Below, piece after piece: positions 8,764-17,370 of a DNA stretch of 32,783 bases. The stretch is taken from contig JBNRMU010000050.1 in NCBI GenBank assembly GCA_050309765.1, positions 1-32,783 of the forward strand, read 5' to 3'. The DNA comes from Christensenellales bacterium. GTDB lineage: Bacteria; Bacillota; Clostridia; Christensenellales; UBA1750. Under the pieces are notes generated by a model. That model had not been told where the DNA came from. It ran no database searches and was given only the letters and a program-made list of their open reading frames with translations. Numbering within the stretch: position 1 is the first letter of the stretch; each line of letters opens with the position of its first letter. The position numbers were made by a program, and so were the translations under genes.

Positions 8764-9612
8764 TTGAAATACAAAAGATTGTTTTCCCTGCTGCTGGCCG
8801 TCTGCCTGCTGCCCTTTATCGGCTGCGCAAAGCCGCCGGCCCCACAGGAGGAAGCGGACATGCTTACCGCAGCCTTCCTAAAGGTGGGCAAGGCGGACGC
8901 CATCGTCGTGCGCACGAATGATAAGACCCTGGTCCTGGACACCGGCGAGGACGACGACGGTGCGGAGATCGTCTCCTTTCTCGTCGCGCAGGGGATCAAA
9001 AAGGTGGACGTGCTGCTCATCACCCACTTTGACAAGGACCACGTGGGCGGCGCGGACACGCTGGTAAACGCCCTGCCCGTGGATCGGGTGCTGCTGCCCG
9101 CCTACGAAGGAACCAGCGCGGATTACCTTTCCTTTATGGACGCGCTGGCGGCCAAGTCCATCGAGCCTGAACGCCTGACGGAGCCGCTTACCTTTGCCTT
9201 TGGAACCGCGCAGGCGCTGGTGGAGCCGCCCGCTTCCTACGAGATTCCGGCGGACAGCGATGAAGAAATGGATAACGACTTTTCGCTCATCCTCACCCTG
9301 ACCCATGGCGATCAGCGCCTGGTGTTTGCCGGGGATATCGAAAAGAAGCGCATCCGTCAATGGCTGGAGAGCGAACCGCCTGCCTGCGACTTTTTGAAGA
9401 TGCCGCACCACGGCGCGTTCAACAAGGCCCTGGACGAGCTGCTGGCACAGCTCAGCCCCCAATATGCCGTCATCTGTTCCTCCGAAAAGAACCCCGCCGA
9501 GGACAAGACCCTGGCGCTTTTGCAGGAGCGCGGCGTGCAGTTCTTTGAAACAAAGGACGGCAATGTCACCCTGACCTGCGACGGCAAGACGCTTTCGCTG
9601 CGCCAGAACTGA
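8764..9612 (+). CDS. Lipoprotein, MBL-fold metallo-hydrolase of ComEC/Rec2 C-terminal type
   Basis: TTG start after AGGAGG; signal peptide with lipobox (LLPFIGC); LKVGKADA, LDTG, THFDKDHVGG, FAGDIE, LKMPHHG. Confidence 0.85.
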   Translation: MKYKRLFSLLLAVCLLPFIGCAKPPAPQEEADMLTAAFLKVGKADAIVVRTNDKTLVLDTGEDDDGAEIVSFLVAQGIKKVDVLLITHFDKDHVGGADTLVNALPVDRVLLPAYEGTSADYLSFMDALAAKSIEPERLTEPLTFAFGTAQALVEPPASYEIPADSDEEMDNDFSLILTLTHGDQRLVFAGDIEKKRIRQWLESEPPACDFLKMPHHGAFNKALDELLAQLSPQYAVICSSEKNPAEDKTLALLQERGVQFFETKDGNVTLTCDGKTLSLRQN

Positions 9613-9678
9613 CGCGGGCAGGCAGGAAAATGCCCCTGCAGGTGGAATCTATCAAAAGAAGTTGATTGGAAAGGATCG

Positions 9679-10836
9679 GTGGATCATATGCAATATCGCG
9701 AGCTTGGAAACACCGGCCTTCAGGCCAGCGTCATCGGCCTTGGCTGCGAAGGGCTTTCGCAGGAGAACTACGCCATGGCGCAGAAAATGCTCGATGCGGC
9801 GGAAACGCTCGGCATCAACTATTTCGACCTGTACGCCTCGGACCCCGATCTGCGCCGCGCGGTGGGCAGGGCGATCCGGGGCCGGCGCGAGAAGTTCCTC
9901 ATCCAGGCGCACCTGTGCTCCGTGTGGAAAAACGGCCAGTACCTGCGCACGCGCGACCTTGGCGAGGTCAAGCAGGCCTTTGAGGACTTGTTGGCGCTGC
10001 TTCAAACCGACTACATAGACGTGGGCATGATCCACTACTGCGACGCCATGGCCGACTGGGAGCAGATCGTGCAAAACGGCATCCTGGACTATGCCCGCGA
10101 GCTCAAGGCCCAGGGCCGCATCCGCCACATCGGCCTTTCCAGCCACAACCCGCTGGTGGCCGAGCGCGCCGTGGTCGAGGGCGGCATCGAGGTTTTGATG
10201 TTCTCCGTCAACCCCTGTTATGACCTGCAGCCGGCAAACGAAGACTGCAACGCCCTGTGGGCGGACGAGGCCTATGCAGGCGAGCTTACCAACATGGACC
10301 CCGACCGCCAGCGCCTGTACGAAACCTGCCAGCGCCTGGGCGTGGGCATCACGGTGATGAAGTGCTTCGGCGGCGGCGATCTGCTGGATGAAAAGCTTTC
10401 CCCCGCCGGTGCGGCGCTCACCGTCAACCAATGCATCCATTACGCCCTGTCCAGGCCCGCCGTGTCCGTGGTACTGCCCGGTGCGCGCACGCTGGACGAG
10501 CTTTACCAAAGCGCTGCCTACTGCGACGCTTCCGATGCACAAAAGGACTATGCCGCGGCCTTTGCCGCCTTCCCCAAGATCAATTGGCAGGGGCACTGCA
10601 TGTATTGCAGCCACTGCGCACCCTGCCCAAAGCAGATCGACGTCGCCACCGTGACCAAATTCCTGCACCTGGCCAAGGCGCAGGATACGCTGCCGGAAAC
10701 CGTGCGCGAGCATTACGCCGCACTGGAAAAGCATGCGGGCGACTGCATCCGCTGCGGGGTGTGCGAAACGCGCTGCCCCTTTGGCGTGGACGTGCGTAAA
10801 AACATGGCCGCAGCCAGGGAAGTGTTCGGCTACTAA
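9679..10836 (+). CDS. Aldo/keto reductase with C-terminal 4Fe-4S dicluster domain (start may be ATG 9688)
   Basis: YRELGNTGLQASVIGLG, INYFD, LQTDYID, IRHIGLSSH; C-terminal CMYCSHCAPCP and CIRCGVCETRCP. Confidence 0.92.
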   Translation: MDHMQYRELGNTGLQASVIGLGCEGLSQENYAMAQKMLDAAETLGINYFDLYASDPDLRRAVGRAIRGRREKFLIQAHLCSVWKNGQYLRTRDLGEVKQAFEDLLALLQTDYIDVGMIHYCDAMADWEQIVQNGILDYARELKAQGRIRHIGLSSHNPLVAERAVVEGGIEVLMFSVNPCYDLQPANEDCNALWADEAYAGELTNMDPDRQRLYETCQRLGVGITVMKCFGGGDLLDEKLSPAGAALTVNQCIHYALSRPAVSVVLPGARTLDELYQSAAYCDASDAQKDYAAAFAAFPKINWQGHCMYCSHCAPCPKQIDVATVTKFLHLAKAQDTLPETVREHYAALEKHAGDCIRCGVCETRCPFGVDVRKNMAAAREVFGY

Positions 10837-10857
10837 GCCCTTTTTGCGCAGACAAAG

Positions 10858-10895
10858 CGGGCGGGCATCCCTTGGATGCCCGCCCGATGTTTTTT
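10858..10895. terminator. Terminator between the convergent AKR and microprotein genes
   Basis: 13-bp stem CGGGCGGGCATCC/GGATGCCCGCCCG followed by a T-rich tract. Confidence 0.8.
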
Positions 10896-10904
10896 CTTTT
10901 CTCT

Positions 10905-11087
10905 TTAGGGGGTCGGCTTGTGCAAAAGGCACAGGATGACCAGCCCCACCACCACCGCGACGAAGATCGCCGCGCCGATGAAGATCGTCTTTCGGGAAAG
11001 CGGCTTTTTTCCAGAAAACAGCGAAAACCCGGCGCGGTCGCGCTCGTTGGCGCCGGCCATAAAATCGGAGCTTTCGCGCAGCGGCAT
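10905..11087 (-). CDS. 60-aa single-pass membrane microprotein, unknown function
   Basis: Strong RBS AAAGAGGTG 7 nt before ATG; own promoter; hydrophobic C-terminal segment IFIGAAIFVAVVVGLVILCLL preceded by KK..RK; ends next to the terminator. Confidence 0.7.
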   Translation of the reverse strand: MPLRESSDFMAGANERDRAGFSLFSGKKPLSRKTIFIGAAIFVAVVVGLVILCLLHKPTP

Positions 11088-11167
11088 GCGTGTTCACCTC
11101 TTTATCCATGGCACAAGGGCGGTCGCCGGTCTGTTGGCCGGCTGGAAAGGTTTCCTCTTTTTCTCTC

Positions 11168-11196
11168 AATGTAGCATAAAATTTCGTGTTATGCAA
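11168..11196 (-). promoter_or_regulatory. Promoter of the microprotein gene
   Basis: TTGCAT-N17-TACATT with TG extension. Confidence 0.5.
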
Positions 11197-11254
11197 ACAT
11201 CGACCTCCCTAATGATAAAAAACGTCTTTGCGGAGTTGCCCTTTCTTTCATTGC

Positions 11255-11283
11255 TTGCAATTTAATTGTTTTCGTTGTATACT
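11255..11283 (+). promoter_or_regulatory. Promoter of the radical SAM/SPASM gene
   Basis: TTGCAA-N17-TATACT. Confidence 0.65.
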
Positions 11284-11348
11284 GGTGGTAACGTATAGCT
11301 GTCCCGCTGCAGCGCATATCCTTAAAAAGAATTATTTGTGAGGTCAAT

Positions 11349-12445
11349 ATGAGCGAAACCTTCAATCTGCAGGAATACATGTCCAAAGGCGTGTCCCTTC
11401 TGGTGTCCGACGCCGTGCGCGCCACCTTCAAAAACCCCCGTGAGACCCTTTTCCTTGCCAAATTTGGCAGGGCGGCCGCCGCGGCCAGCCAAAAGCGCCT
11501 TAACGCCGAGCAAAAGGGCGAGCACGTGCCGCCCTTCCTCATCGCCAGCATCACCAGCAGCTGCAACCTGCACTGCGCGGGCTGCTATTCGCGCCAGAAC
11601 CAGGCCTGCCTGGACGACGAACCCGTGGAGCAGCTCTCCGGCGACGATTGGGACAAGATCTTTACTGAGGCCGAGGATTTGGGCGTGAGCTTCATCCTGC
11701 TGGCGGGCGGCGAACCCCTGTTGCGCAAGGACGTGATCGACGCCGCTGCGGGACACGATAAGCTGCTGTTCCCCATCTTCACCAACGGCTATTTCATCGG
11801 CGAAAAATACATGGACATGTTCGATAAGCATCGCAATCTGCTGCCCATCATCAGCATCGAGGGCGACGAGGCCGCCACCGACGCCGCCGCGGCGACGGCG
11901 TGTATCAGGTGGTGCTGCAGTCCATGCAAAGCCTTAAGGCCCGCGACCTGATCTTTGGCGTGTCCATCACCGTGACCACGGAGAACATGCAGCAGGTCTA
12001 TTCCCGCGAATTTATCGACAACCTCGTCTCCCTGGGCTGCCGGGCGATGATCTTTGTGGAATATGTGCCCGTTTCCGAGGAAACAAAGCGCCTGGCCCCC
12101 TCCGAACCCGAGCGCGAATACGCCGCGCAGCGCATCGCCGTTTTGCGCGACGAGGTGCCGGAGATGGTGTTCATCTCCTTCCCCGGCGATGAAAAGGAAA
12201 CCGGCGGCTGCGTGGCCGCGGGCCGCGGCTTTTTCCACATCAACTCGCACGGCGGCGCAGAGCCCTGCCCCTTCTCTCCCTATTCGGACATCAACGTCAG
12301 GGATACCTCCCTGCGCGAAGCGCTGAACTCCCGCCTGTTCCAGGCCCTGCAGTCGGACGGCATGCTGGACGATTTCCACACGGGCGGCTGCGTGCTGTTT
12401 GAAAAAAGGGCCCAGGTGGAAGCCTTCCTGGCGCAAAACGCTTAA
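11349..12445 (+). pseudogene. Radical SAM/SPASM(twitch)-domain protein split by a 1-nt frameshift near 11885 (pseudogene or sequencing error)
   Basis: N-half has CNLHCAGC and LAGGEPL; C-half has GGCVAAGRGFFHINSHGGAEPCPF. Adding one C after 11885 gives ...ATDARRGDGVYQ... and a single 365-aa ORF. Confidence 0.85.
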
Positions 12446-12469
12446 AACTCCTCTTTCTCCAAAACGTAT

Positions 12470-12501
12470 GGGAGCGAACCAAATCGGTTCGCTCCCTTTT
12501 T
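12470..12501. terminator. Terminator between convergent genes
   Basis: GGGAGCGAACC/GGTTCGCTCCC perfect 11-bp stem + TTTTT. Confidence 0.85.
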
Positions 12502-12504
12502 CGT

Positions 12505-12930
12505 TTAGTCCATGCTGCCCTGGCCGCCCATCTGGTTTGTCAGCTCCCGGATGTATTCCAGGGGAAAGGGCGGCGATGTCAGCGGTTTTAGGGCCAGGGA
12601 CATCAGCTTCATCGGGTTGTCGTCCGCGGCGATGCGGTTTTGATGCAGCACGCCGCAGCGGCGGCAGCGGTGAATGATGGCCCACTCGCCGTTCTTTTTC
12701 ACCCACACGGACACCGGCTCCATCAGCGCGCCGCAGTCGGCGGCGCGGTCGCCCGGCTCCACGTCCAGATGCAGGCTGCAGAGGCAGTTGGGGCAATGGT
12801 TGCGGTGCCCGCTGCCCGCGCCCTCGGGGATCACCGGTCGGCCGCATTGCCGGCAGGTGAAGGTCTCGTCGGACGGGTGGGTTTTGTAATAGGTTTTGTC
12901 AAACGTTCTTCTTTTGTTCTCGCGATTCAC
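12505..12930 (-). CDS. RNHCP domain protein (Zn-ribbon type), 141 aa
   Basis: GTG start at 12930 after AGGAGG; FTCRQCG, HRNHCPNCLCSLH, PGDRAADCG, HRCRRCG, NRIAADDN. Confidence 0.92.
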   Translation of the reverse strand: MNRENKRRTFDKTYYKTHPSDETFTCRQCGRPVIPEGAGSGHRNHCPNCLCSLHLDVEPGDRAADCGALMEPVSVWVKKNGEWAIIHRCRRCGVLHQNRIAADDNPMKLMSLALKPLTSPPFPLEYIRELTNQMGGQGSMD

Positions 12931-13238
12931 GGGTTTTCCTCCTGCCTGGCGCCGTCCGGCGCGCTCTGGGAGGGTTCGCATTCGCGAAGAATCCTTTGAA
13001 TGCTCTTTTCGGACAGGAAATAGGTTTGTGCCAGCTCCTTTACACCGACGCCACCGCGAAAGTCCGCGGCAATCTGTGCGTTGCGCCTTTGCAAAAACTC
13101 CTTCGCCCCGCTGACGCTGCCCCACGCGCTGCGCGCGCAAGTTTTGCGGGGAATATAAAGCAGCCGTCCATCCACATATTCCTGTACCAGCAGGAGCAGT
13201 TCCTTGGGCAGGACATCCTGCGCCTTGCTATAGCCCAT
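12927..13238 (-). CDS. CD3324-family protein (Mor-like helix-turn-helix)
   Basis: MGYSKAQDVLPKELLLLVQEYVDG..LYIPRK...RNAQI...ELAQTYFLSEKSIQRIL; RBS GGAGGG; 4-nt GTGA overlap with the RNHCP gene. Confidence 0.85.
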   Translation of the reverse strand: MGYSKAQDVLPKELLLLVQEYVDGRLLYIPRKTCARSAWGSVSGAKEFLQRRNAQIAADFRGGVGVKELAQTYFLSEKSIQRILRECEPSQSAPDGARQEENP

Positions 13239-13313
13239 GCTTTCCCTCCAGTGTTAGCGAATTTGGCTTTGGGAAAGCGACGGCTATCGGGTTTTGTGCG
13301 CGTAGCCGTCGCT
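13239..13313 (-). promoter_or_regulatory. Attenuator-like leader RNA
   Basis: 11-bp stem AGCGACGGCTA/TAGCCGTCGCT (13276-13313). Competing 8-bp GCTTTCCC/GGGAAAGC pairing (13271-13278 with 13239-13246) covers the SD-to-start region. Confidence 0.65.
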
Positions 13314-13362
13314 AGCTGCGCACAGCCTCCGCTTCATAATTCCTAAACATGAAATCATCCAT
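13312..13362 (-). CDS. Putative leader peptide (MDDF)MFRNYEAEAVRS (start 13362 or 13350)
   Basis: AAAGGA-type RBS before each of two in-frame ATGs; TAG stop overlaps the 5' arm of the 11-bp stem. Confidence 0.5.
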   Translation of the reverse strand: MDDFMFRNYEAEAVRS

Positions 13363-13401
13363 CCTTTCTTTCCTTTGGGCGGTACAGGCCGCCTTTATTG
13401 T

Positions 13402-13430
13402 ATCTTAACATGGGAAAACATCGCGAACAA
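13402..13430 (-). promoter_or_regulatory. Promoter of the leader-CD3324-RNHCP transcript
   Basis: TTGTTC-N17-TAAGAT with TG extension. Confidence 0.6.
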
Positions 13431-13507
13431 GCCTAAGAACGATTTTAGCCGTTTTCGCGCAATGTGTATGAATTTAGAAACGGAATAACAGCTTTGCTTT
13501 ACGGTAA

Positions 13508-13536
13508 TTGTACTTTTGCTATAAATATGTTATCAT
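13508..13536 (+). promoter_or_regulatory. Promoter of the PfkB kinase gene
   Basis: TTGTAC-N17-TATCAT with TG extension. Confidence 0.5.
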
Positions 13537-13620
13537 TTGTTTAGATGCGCGTCCCGCCTGCCGTGGGCGGCGTCGCGCTCCCAAACACAAAAATTCAACA
13601 CAGACAGGAGTGCGTTTTTC

Positions 13621-14574
13621 ATGAGAGACGTTGTGGCGCTCGGCACGCCGTTTATGGATTATCTGGTTCACATCGACCACCTTCCCACAAAAAAGGACGA
13701 AGGCGCAAGGATCCTGCAAACCAGCTGGCAGGGCGGCGGCAAGGTGTCCTCCGCGCTGGCGGCGCTGGGACAGCTGGGCCGCAACGGCTCCATGATGGGC
13801 GTGATCGGCAGCGACAGCTATGGCGACTTTTTGCTGCGCGATTATGAGCGCTTCAATATCGACGTATCGCACATGATCCGCGACGGCGCCAACTCCTTCT
13901 CCCTGGTGCTTTCCGATAAGATCACCCAGGGCCGCAACATCATCGGCCGCCCCGGAACGGGCCGCAAATACACCGTGGAGGACATCGACGAGCCCTTCGT
14001 GCGCGACCACCGCATGCTGCACTTAGAGCGCGCGGACGCGCCCTCCCACCGTCTGGCGGATATTATGCACGACTGCGGCGGCCTGGTCGCCTTCGACGGC
14101 GACGGCTTTTCCGAAGAAACGCAGGCCATGCTGCCCAAGATCGACGTGTTCATCGGTTCTGAATTCTATTACAAGGCCCTGTTCGGCGAGAGCGAGAACT
14201 ATAAGGAAAACATGCTGACCCTGCAGCGCAAGGGCGTCAAGATCGTGGTCTTCACCTTGGGCGACAAAGGCTCCGTGGCCCTGTGGAACGGCGGTTACCG
14301 CTTCTGTCCCGGCTACAAGATCGACGTGGTCGATACCCTGGGCGCCGGCGATGTGTACCACGGCGGCTATCTGTTCGCCCTGCTCGAGGGCATGGACCCC
14401 GGCGAGTGCGCCCAGTTTGCCAACGCCGTGGCCGCCATCAAATGCATGGGCATCGGCGGCCGCGCCAACACCCCCAACTACCAGATGGTGCGCGATTTTA
14501 TGGCAACGGGCGACTTCGACCGCACGCTGGTGCAGCAAAAGACCGCGTTTTACGCCAATTTCAGCGTAAAGTAA
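13621..14574 (+). CDS. PfkB/ribokinase-family carbohydrate kinase
   Basis: Start reset to ATG 13621 (RBS CAGGAG); GGGKVSSALAALGQLG, GVIGSDSYG, VVDTLGAGDVYHGGY signatures. Confidence 0.92.
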   Translation: MRDVVALGTPFMDYLVHIDHLPTKKDEGARILQTSWQGGGKVSSALAALGQLGRNGSMMGVIGSDSYGDFLLRDYERFNIDVSHMIRDGANSFSLVLSDKITQGRNIIGRPGTGRKYTVEDIDEPFVRDHRMLHLERADAPSHRLADIMHDCGGLVAFDGDGFSEETQAMLPKIDVFIGSEFYYKALFGESENYKENMLTLQRKGVKIVVFTLGDKGSVALWNGGYRFCPGYKIDVVDTLGAGDVYHGGYLFALLEGMDPGECAQFANAVAAIKCMGIGGRANTPNYQMVRDFMATGDFDRTLVQQKTAFYANFSVK

Positions 14575-14621
14575 GGGAGGCTGTCCCGGGCTTTTGGCCT
14601 TACGGCCCTTTTTCGATGTGC

Positions 14622-14657
14622 AAAGCACGCCGTCTTAAATGCGACGGCGTGCTTTTT
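14622..14657 (+). terminator. Intrinsic terminator after the PfkB gene
   Basis: AAAGCACGCCGTC/GACGGCGTGCTTT + TT. Confidence 0.75.
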
Positions 14658-14702
14658 ATGCCCTGCTTTGGCCAAGGCAAAAGCAGCCGTCGCCGTCGCA
14701 AC

Positions 14703-14741
14703 AAAAAGGCCGTCCGCAAAAACCTTGCGGACGGTCTTTTT
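14703..14741 (-). terminator. Terminator of the ribosomal superoperon (bidirectional shape)
   Basis: AAAAAGGCCGTCCGCAA/TTGCGGACGGTCTTTTT, 10 nt after the rplQ stop. Confidence 0.85.
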
Positions 14742-14751
14742 CCCTTACGGT

Positions 14752-15264
14752 TTACACAAACTCAAGGATGACCATCTCGGCGCCGTCGCCCTTGCGGGGA
14801 CCCATCTTCAGGATGCGGGTATAACCGCCGCCCTGACCGAGCTCTTCCTTGCGCTTTTTGTACTTGGGGCCATATTCGCGGAACAGCTTCTCCACCACGG
14901 GATGCTTGTTGTCCTTGGTGCGTTCCTTGAACTCAGCCTTGGACTCGTCGGCCTTCTTGACCTCTTTGATGTCGTACAGATACGCCATCATGATGCGGCG
15001 CGCATGCAGCTTGGAGGGCGCGTCGTTCACAAAGGTCTCCGTTACGGTCTGACCCTTCTCGTTGTTGAAGGTCTTCTGCACTTCTACGGTGTTATCGCAC
15101 TCGCGCATGGCCAACGTCACGAACTTTTCAGCGATGGAGCGCACTTCCTTGGCGCGCGCCTCAGTGGTTACGAGCTTACCGTTCCAGATCAGCTGGGTAA
15201 CCTGGTTGCGCAGGAGCGCCTTTCGCTGGTCGGCCGGCTTGCCGAGTTTGCGCTGCATAGGCAT
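14752..15264 (-). CDS. rplQ: 50S ribosomal protein L17 (long, 170-aa form)
   Basis: [20 protein letters not shown]...TTEARAKE...[19 protein letters not shown]; RBS GGAGGG; follows rpoA. Confidence 0.96.
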   Translation of the reverse strand: MPMQRKLGKPADQRKALLRNQVTQLIWNGKLVTTEARAKEVRSIAEKFVTLAMRECDNTVEVQKTFNNEKGQTVTETFVNDAPSKLHARRIMMAYLYDIKEVKKADESKAEFKERTKDNKHPVVEKLFREYGPKYKKRKEELGQGGGYTRILKMGPRKGDGAEMVILEFV

Positions 15265-15286
15265 AGGTGTTTCCCTCCGTTTAAAG

Positions 15287-16231
15287 TTACTCCTCGCTGC
15301 GCCTGAGGCCAAGCCCCAGAGCGGCGAGCTTTTGCTCCACTTCCTCAAGCGATTTCTTGCCAAGGTTGCGGACCTTCATCATGTCCTCCTCGTTGCGCTG
15401 GATCAACTCCGCTACGGTGTTGATGTTTGCACGCTTGAGGCAGTTGTATGCGCGCACGGAGAGATCCAAATCCTCGATGGTCATCTCCTGCACTTTTTCC
15501 ATCTTGTTGTCCTCGGGCTCGTTAAAGTCCACGGGGGCAACGTTTTCGGTCAAATTGATAAACAGCATCAGATGCTCAGAGAGTATCTTCGCCGCCATGG
15601 ATGTGGCTTCGTCCGGCTTGATGCTTCCGTTGGTCCATACTTCCAAAGTGAGCTTGTCGTAATCCGTAACCTGGCCCACGCGGGTGTTTTCCACGGTGTA
15701 GTTCACCTTGCGGATGGGCGTGAAGATGGAGTCTACCGGCAGCACACCGATGGGCATGTTGGGGGTCTTGTTCCTTTCCGCGGAAAAATAGCCGCGGCCC
15801 TTGTTCAGGGTGATCTCCATATTCAGGTTTGCGTCCTCGTTCAGCGTGGCGATGACCAGGTCGGGATTGATGATCTCTACCTCTTCGTCATGCACGATGT
15901 CGGCAGCCGTCACGATCTTGGGGCCCTGCTGCGAAATGGTCACAACCTTGGGCATATCGGTGAACAGCTTGGCGCACAGGCCTTTGAGGTTGAGGATGAT
16001 CTCCGTGACATCCTCCTTCACTCCGGGTATGGTAGAAAACTCATGCAGAACGCCATCGATGCGAATGGAAGAAACCGCGACGCCGGGCAGAGAGGAAAGC
16101 AGGATTCTGCGCAGGGAATTTCCCAAGGTCGTGCCAAAGCCGCGCTCAAGCGGCTCGATCACGAACTTGCCGTAATCGTTCCCTCCACTGATCTCGACAC
16201 ATTCGATTTTGGGCTTTTCGATCTCGATCAT
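15287..16231 (-). CDS. rpoA: RNA polymerase alpha subunit
   Basis: MIEIEKP...[25 protein letters not shown]...[12 protein letters not shown]; RBS GAGGGAGG. Confidence 0.99.
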   Translation of the reverse strand: MIEIEKPKIECVEISGGNDYGKFVIEPLERGFGTTLGNSLRRILLSSLPGVAVSSIRIDGVLHEFSTIPGVKEDVTEIILNLKGLCAKLFTDMPKVVTISQQGPKIVTAADIVHDEEVEIINPDLVIATLNEDANLNMEITLNKGRGYFSAERNKTPNMPIGVLPVDSIFTPIRKVNYTVENTRVGQVTDYDKLTLEVWTNGSIKPDEATSMAAKILSEHLMLFINLTENVAPVDFNEPEDNKMEKVQEMTIEDLDLSVRAYNCLKRANINTVAELIQRNEEDMMKVRNLGKKSLEEVEQKLAALGLGLRRSEE

Positions 16232-16300
16232 TGATGTCCCTCCCTCATCAATACGTTCCGGGTACCAAAAAACTGTCATTCATCGGCAAGTCAAGCCGCC

Positions 16301-16927
16301 TTACTTGGAGTAGTACTCGACAACGAGATGCTCTTCGAAGGTCATCTCGACATCCTCGCGCGTCGGGAGCGCCAGAACGCTGCCGGTGAGGTTTTCAGCA
16401 TCGAAGGAGAGCCACTTGGGGAGCGTGCGGGTGCTGCCCTCGCGCAGAGCCTTGAAGTGCTCCACGTCGCGGCTGTGCTCGCGCACGGCGATGGTCTGGC
16501 CGGCATCCACCAGGAAAGAGGGGATGTTGACCTTTTTGCCGTCCACGGTGATGTGGCCGTGGCGGACGAACTGCCTGGCCTGGGGCCTGGAGGAAGCAAG
16601 ACCCATGCGGTAAACCACATTGTCCAGTCTCCTCTCCAGCATGGAGAGCATGTTGTCGCCGGTGACGCCCTTCTGGCGGTTGGCCTTTTCGAAGGTGCGG
16701 CGGAACTGGGTCTCCAGCATGCCATAGGTGCGGCGGATCTTCTGCTTTTCACGCAGCTGCATGCCGTATTCGCTCATCTTGCGGGCCCTGGCCTGGCCGT
16801 GCTGGCCGGGAGGGGTGGGGCGCTTGGTGATGGCGCACTTGGCGGAGTAGCAACGATCGCCCTTCAAAAACAACTTAGTGCCTTCGCGCCTGCACAGGCG
16901 GCAAACGGAACCAGTATAACGTGCCAT
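16301..16927 (-). CDS. rpsD: 30S ribosomal protein S4 (Zn-binding form)
   Basis: [16 protein letters not shown]...[12 protein letters not shown]...[11 protein letters not shown]. Confidence 0.99.
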   Translation of the reverse strand: MARYTGSVCRLCRREGTKLFLKGDRCYSAKCAITKRPTPPGQHGQARARKMSEYGMQLREKQKIRRTYGMLETQFRRTFEKANRQKGVTGDNMLSMLERRLDNVVYRMGLASSRPQARQFVRHGHITVDGKKVNIPSFLVDAGQTIAVREHSRDVEHFKALREGSTRTLPKWLSFDAENLTGSVLALPTREDVEMTFEEHLVVEYYSK

Positions 16928-16949
16928 GGTGTACCTTTACCTCCTGTTC

Positions 16950-17351
16950 TTACACTCTTCTGCGCTTGGGCGGACGGCATCCGTTGTGGGGAATGGGCGT
17001 CACGTCCTTGATGAGGGAAACCTCCAGGCCCGCGGCCTGCAGGGAACGAATGGCGGCTTCACGTCCGGAGCCAGGGCCCTTGACATAAACCTCAACGGTC
17101 TTCAGGCCGTGCTCCATCGCGGCCTTGGCCGCGGTCTCGGCAGCGGTCTGGGCGGCGAAGGGAGTGGACTTTTTGGAGCCGCGGAAACCGAGGCCACCGG
17201 CGGAAGCCCAGGAAATGGCGTTGCCAGCGGTATCGGTGATGGTAACGATGGTATTGTTGAAGGAAGAAGCGATATGCGCCGCGCCGCGCTCGATATTCTT
17301 GCGCTCCTTGCGCCTGCGCACGACCCTTCTGGTCCTGGTGGTCTTTGCCAT
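16950..17351 (-). CDS. rpsK: 30S ribosomal protein S11
   Basis: [11 protein letters not shown]...KKSTPFAAQ...[18 protein letters not shown]. Confidence 0.99.
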   Translation of the reverse strand: MAKTTRTRRVVRRRKERKNIERGAAHIASSFNNTIVTITDTAGNAISWASAGGLGFRGSKKSTPFAAQTAAETAAKAAMEHGLKTVEVYVKGPGSGREAAIRSLQAAGLEVSLIKDVTPIPHNGCRPPKRRRV

Positions 17352-17370
17352 GATTTTTCCTCCTTACGCC

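Noticed and set aside
3066-11196. Long minus-strand ORFs (3066-3725, 3665-4636, 5104-6126, 6560-7486, 7496-8467, 9652-11196)
   Set aside because: Shadow ORFs of well-supported plus-strand genes, expected at high GC
11188-11210. Minus-strand GGGAGG-TCG-ATG TTT GCA TAA minigene
   Set aside because: SD spacing is only 3 nt and it lies upstream of the predicted transcription start
11875-11900. Programmed frameshift or phase-variable tract
   Set aside because: No slippery heptamer or long simple repeat; a 1-nt deletion is the simpler explanation
8291-13620. ORF-track starts at 8291, 8488, 13140 and 13537 (also 15363, 16279, 18957, 30261 and 32567 further right)
   Set aside because: Over-extended; downstream starts have an RBS and match family N-termini
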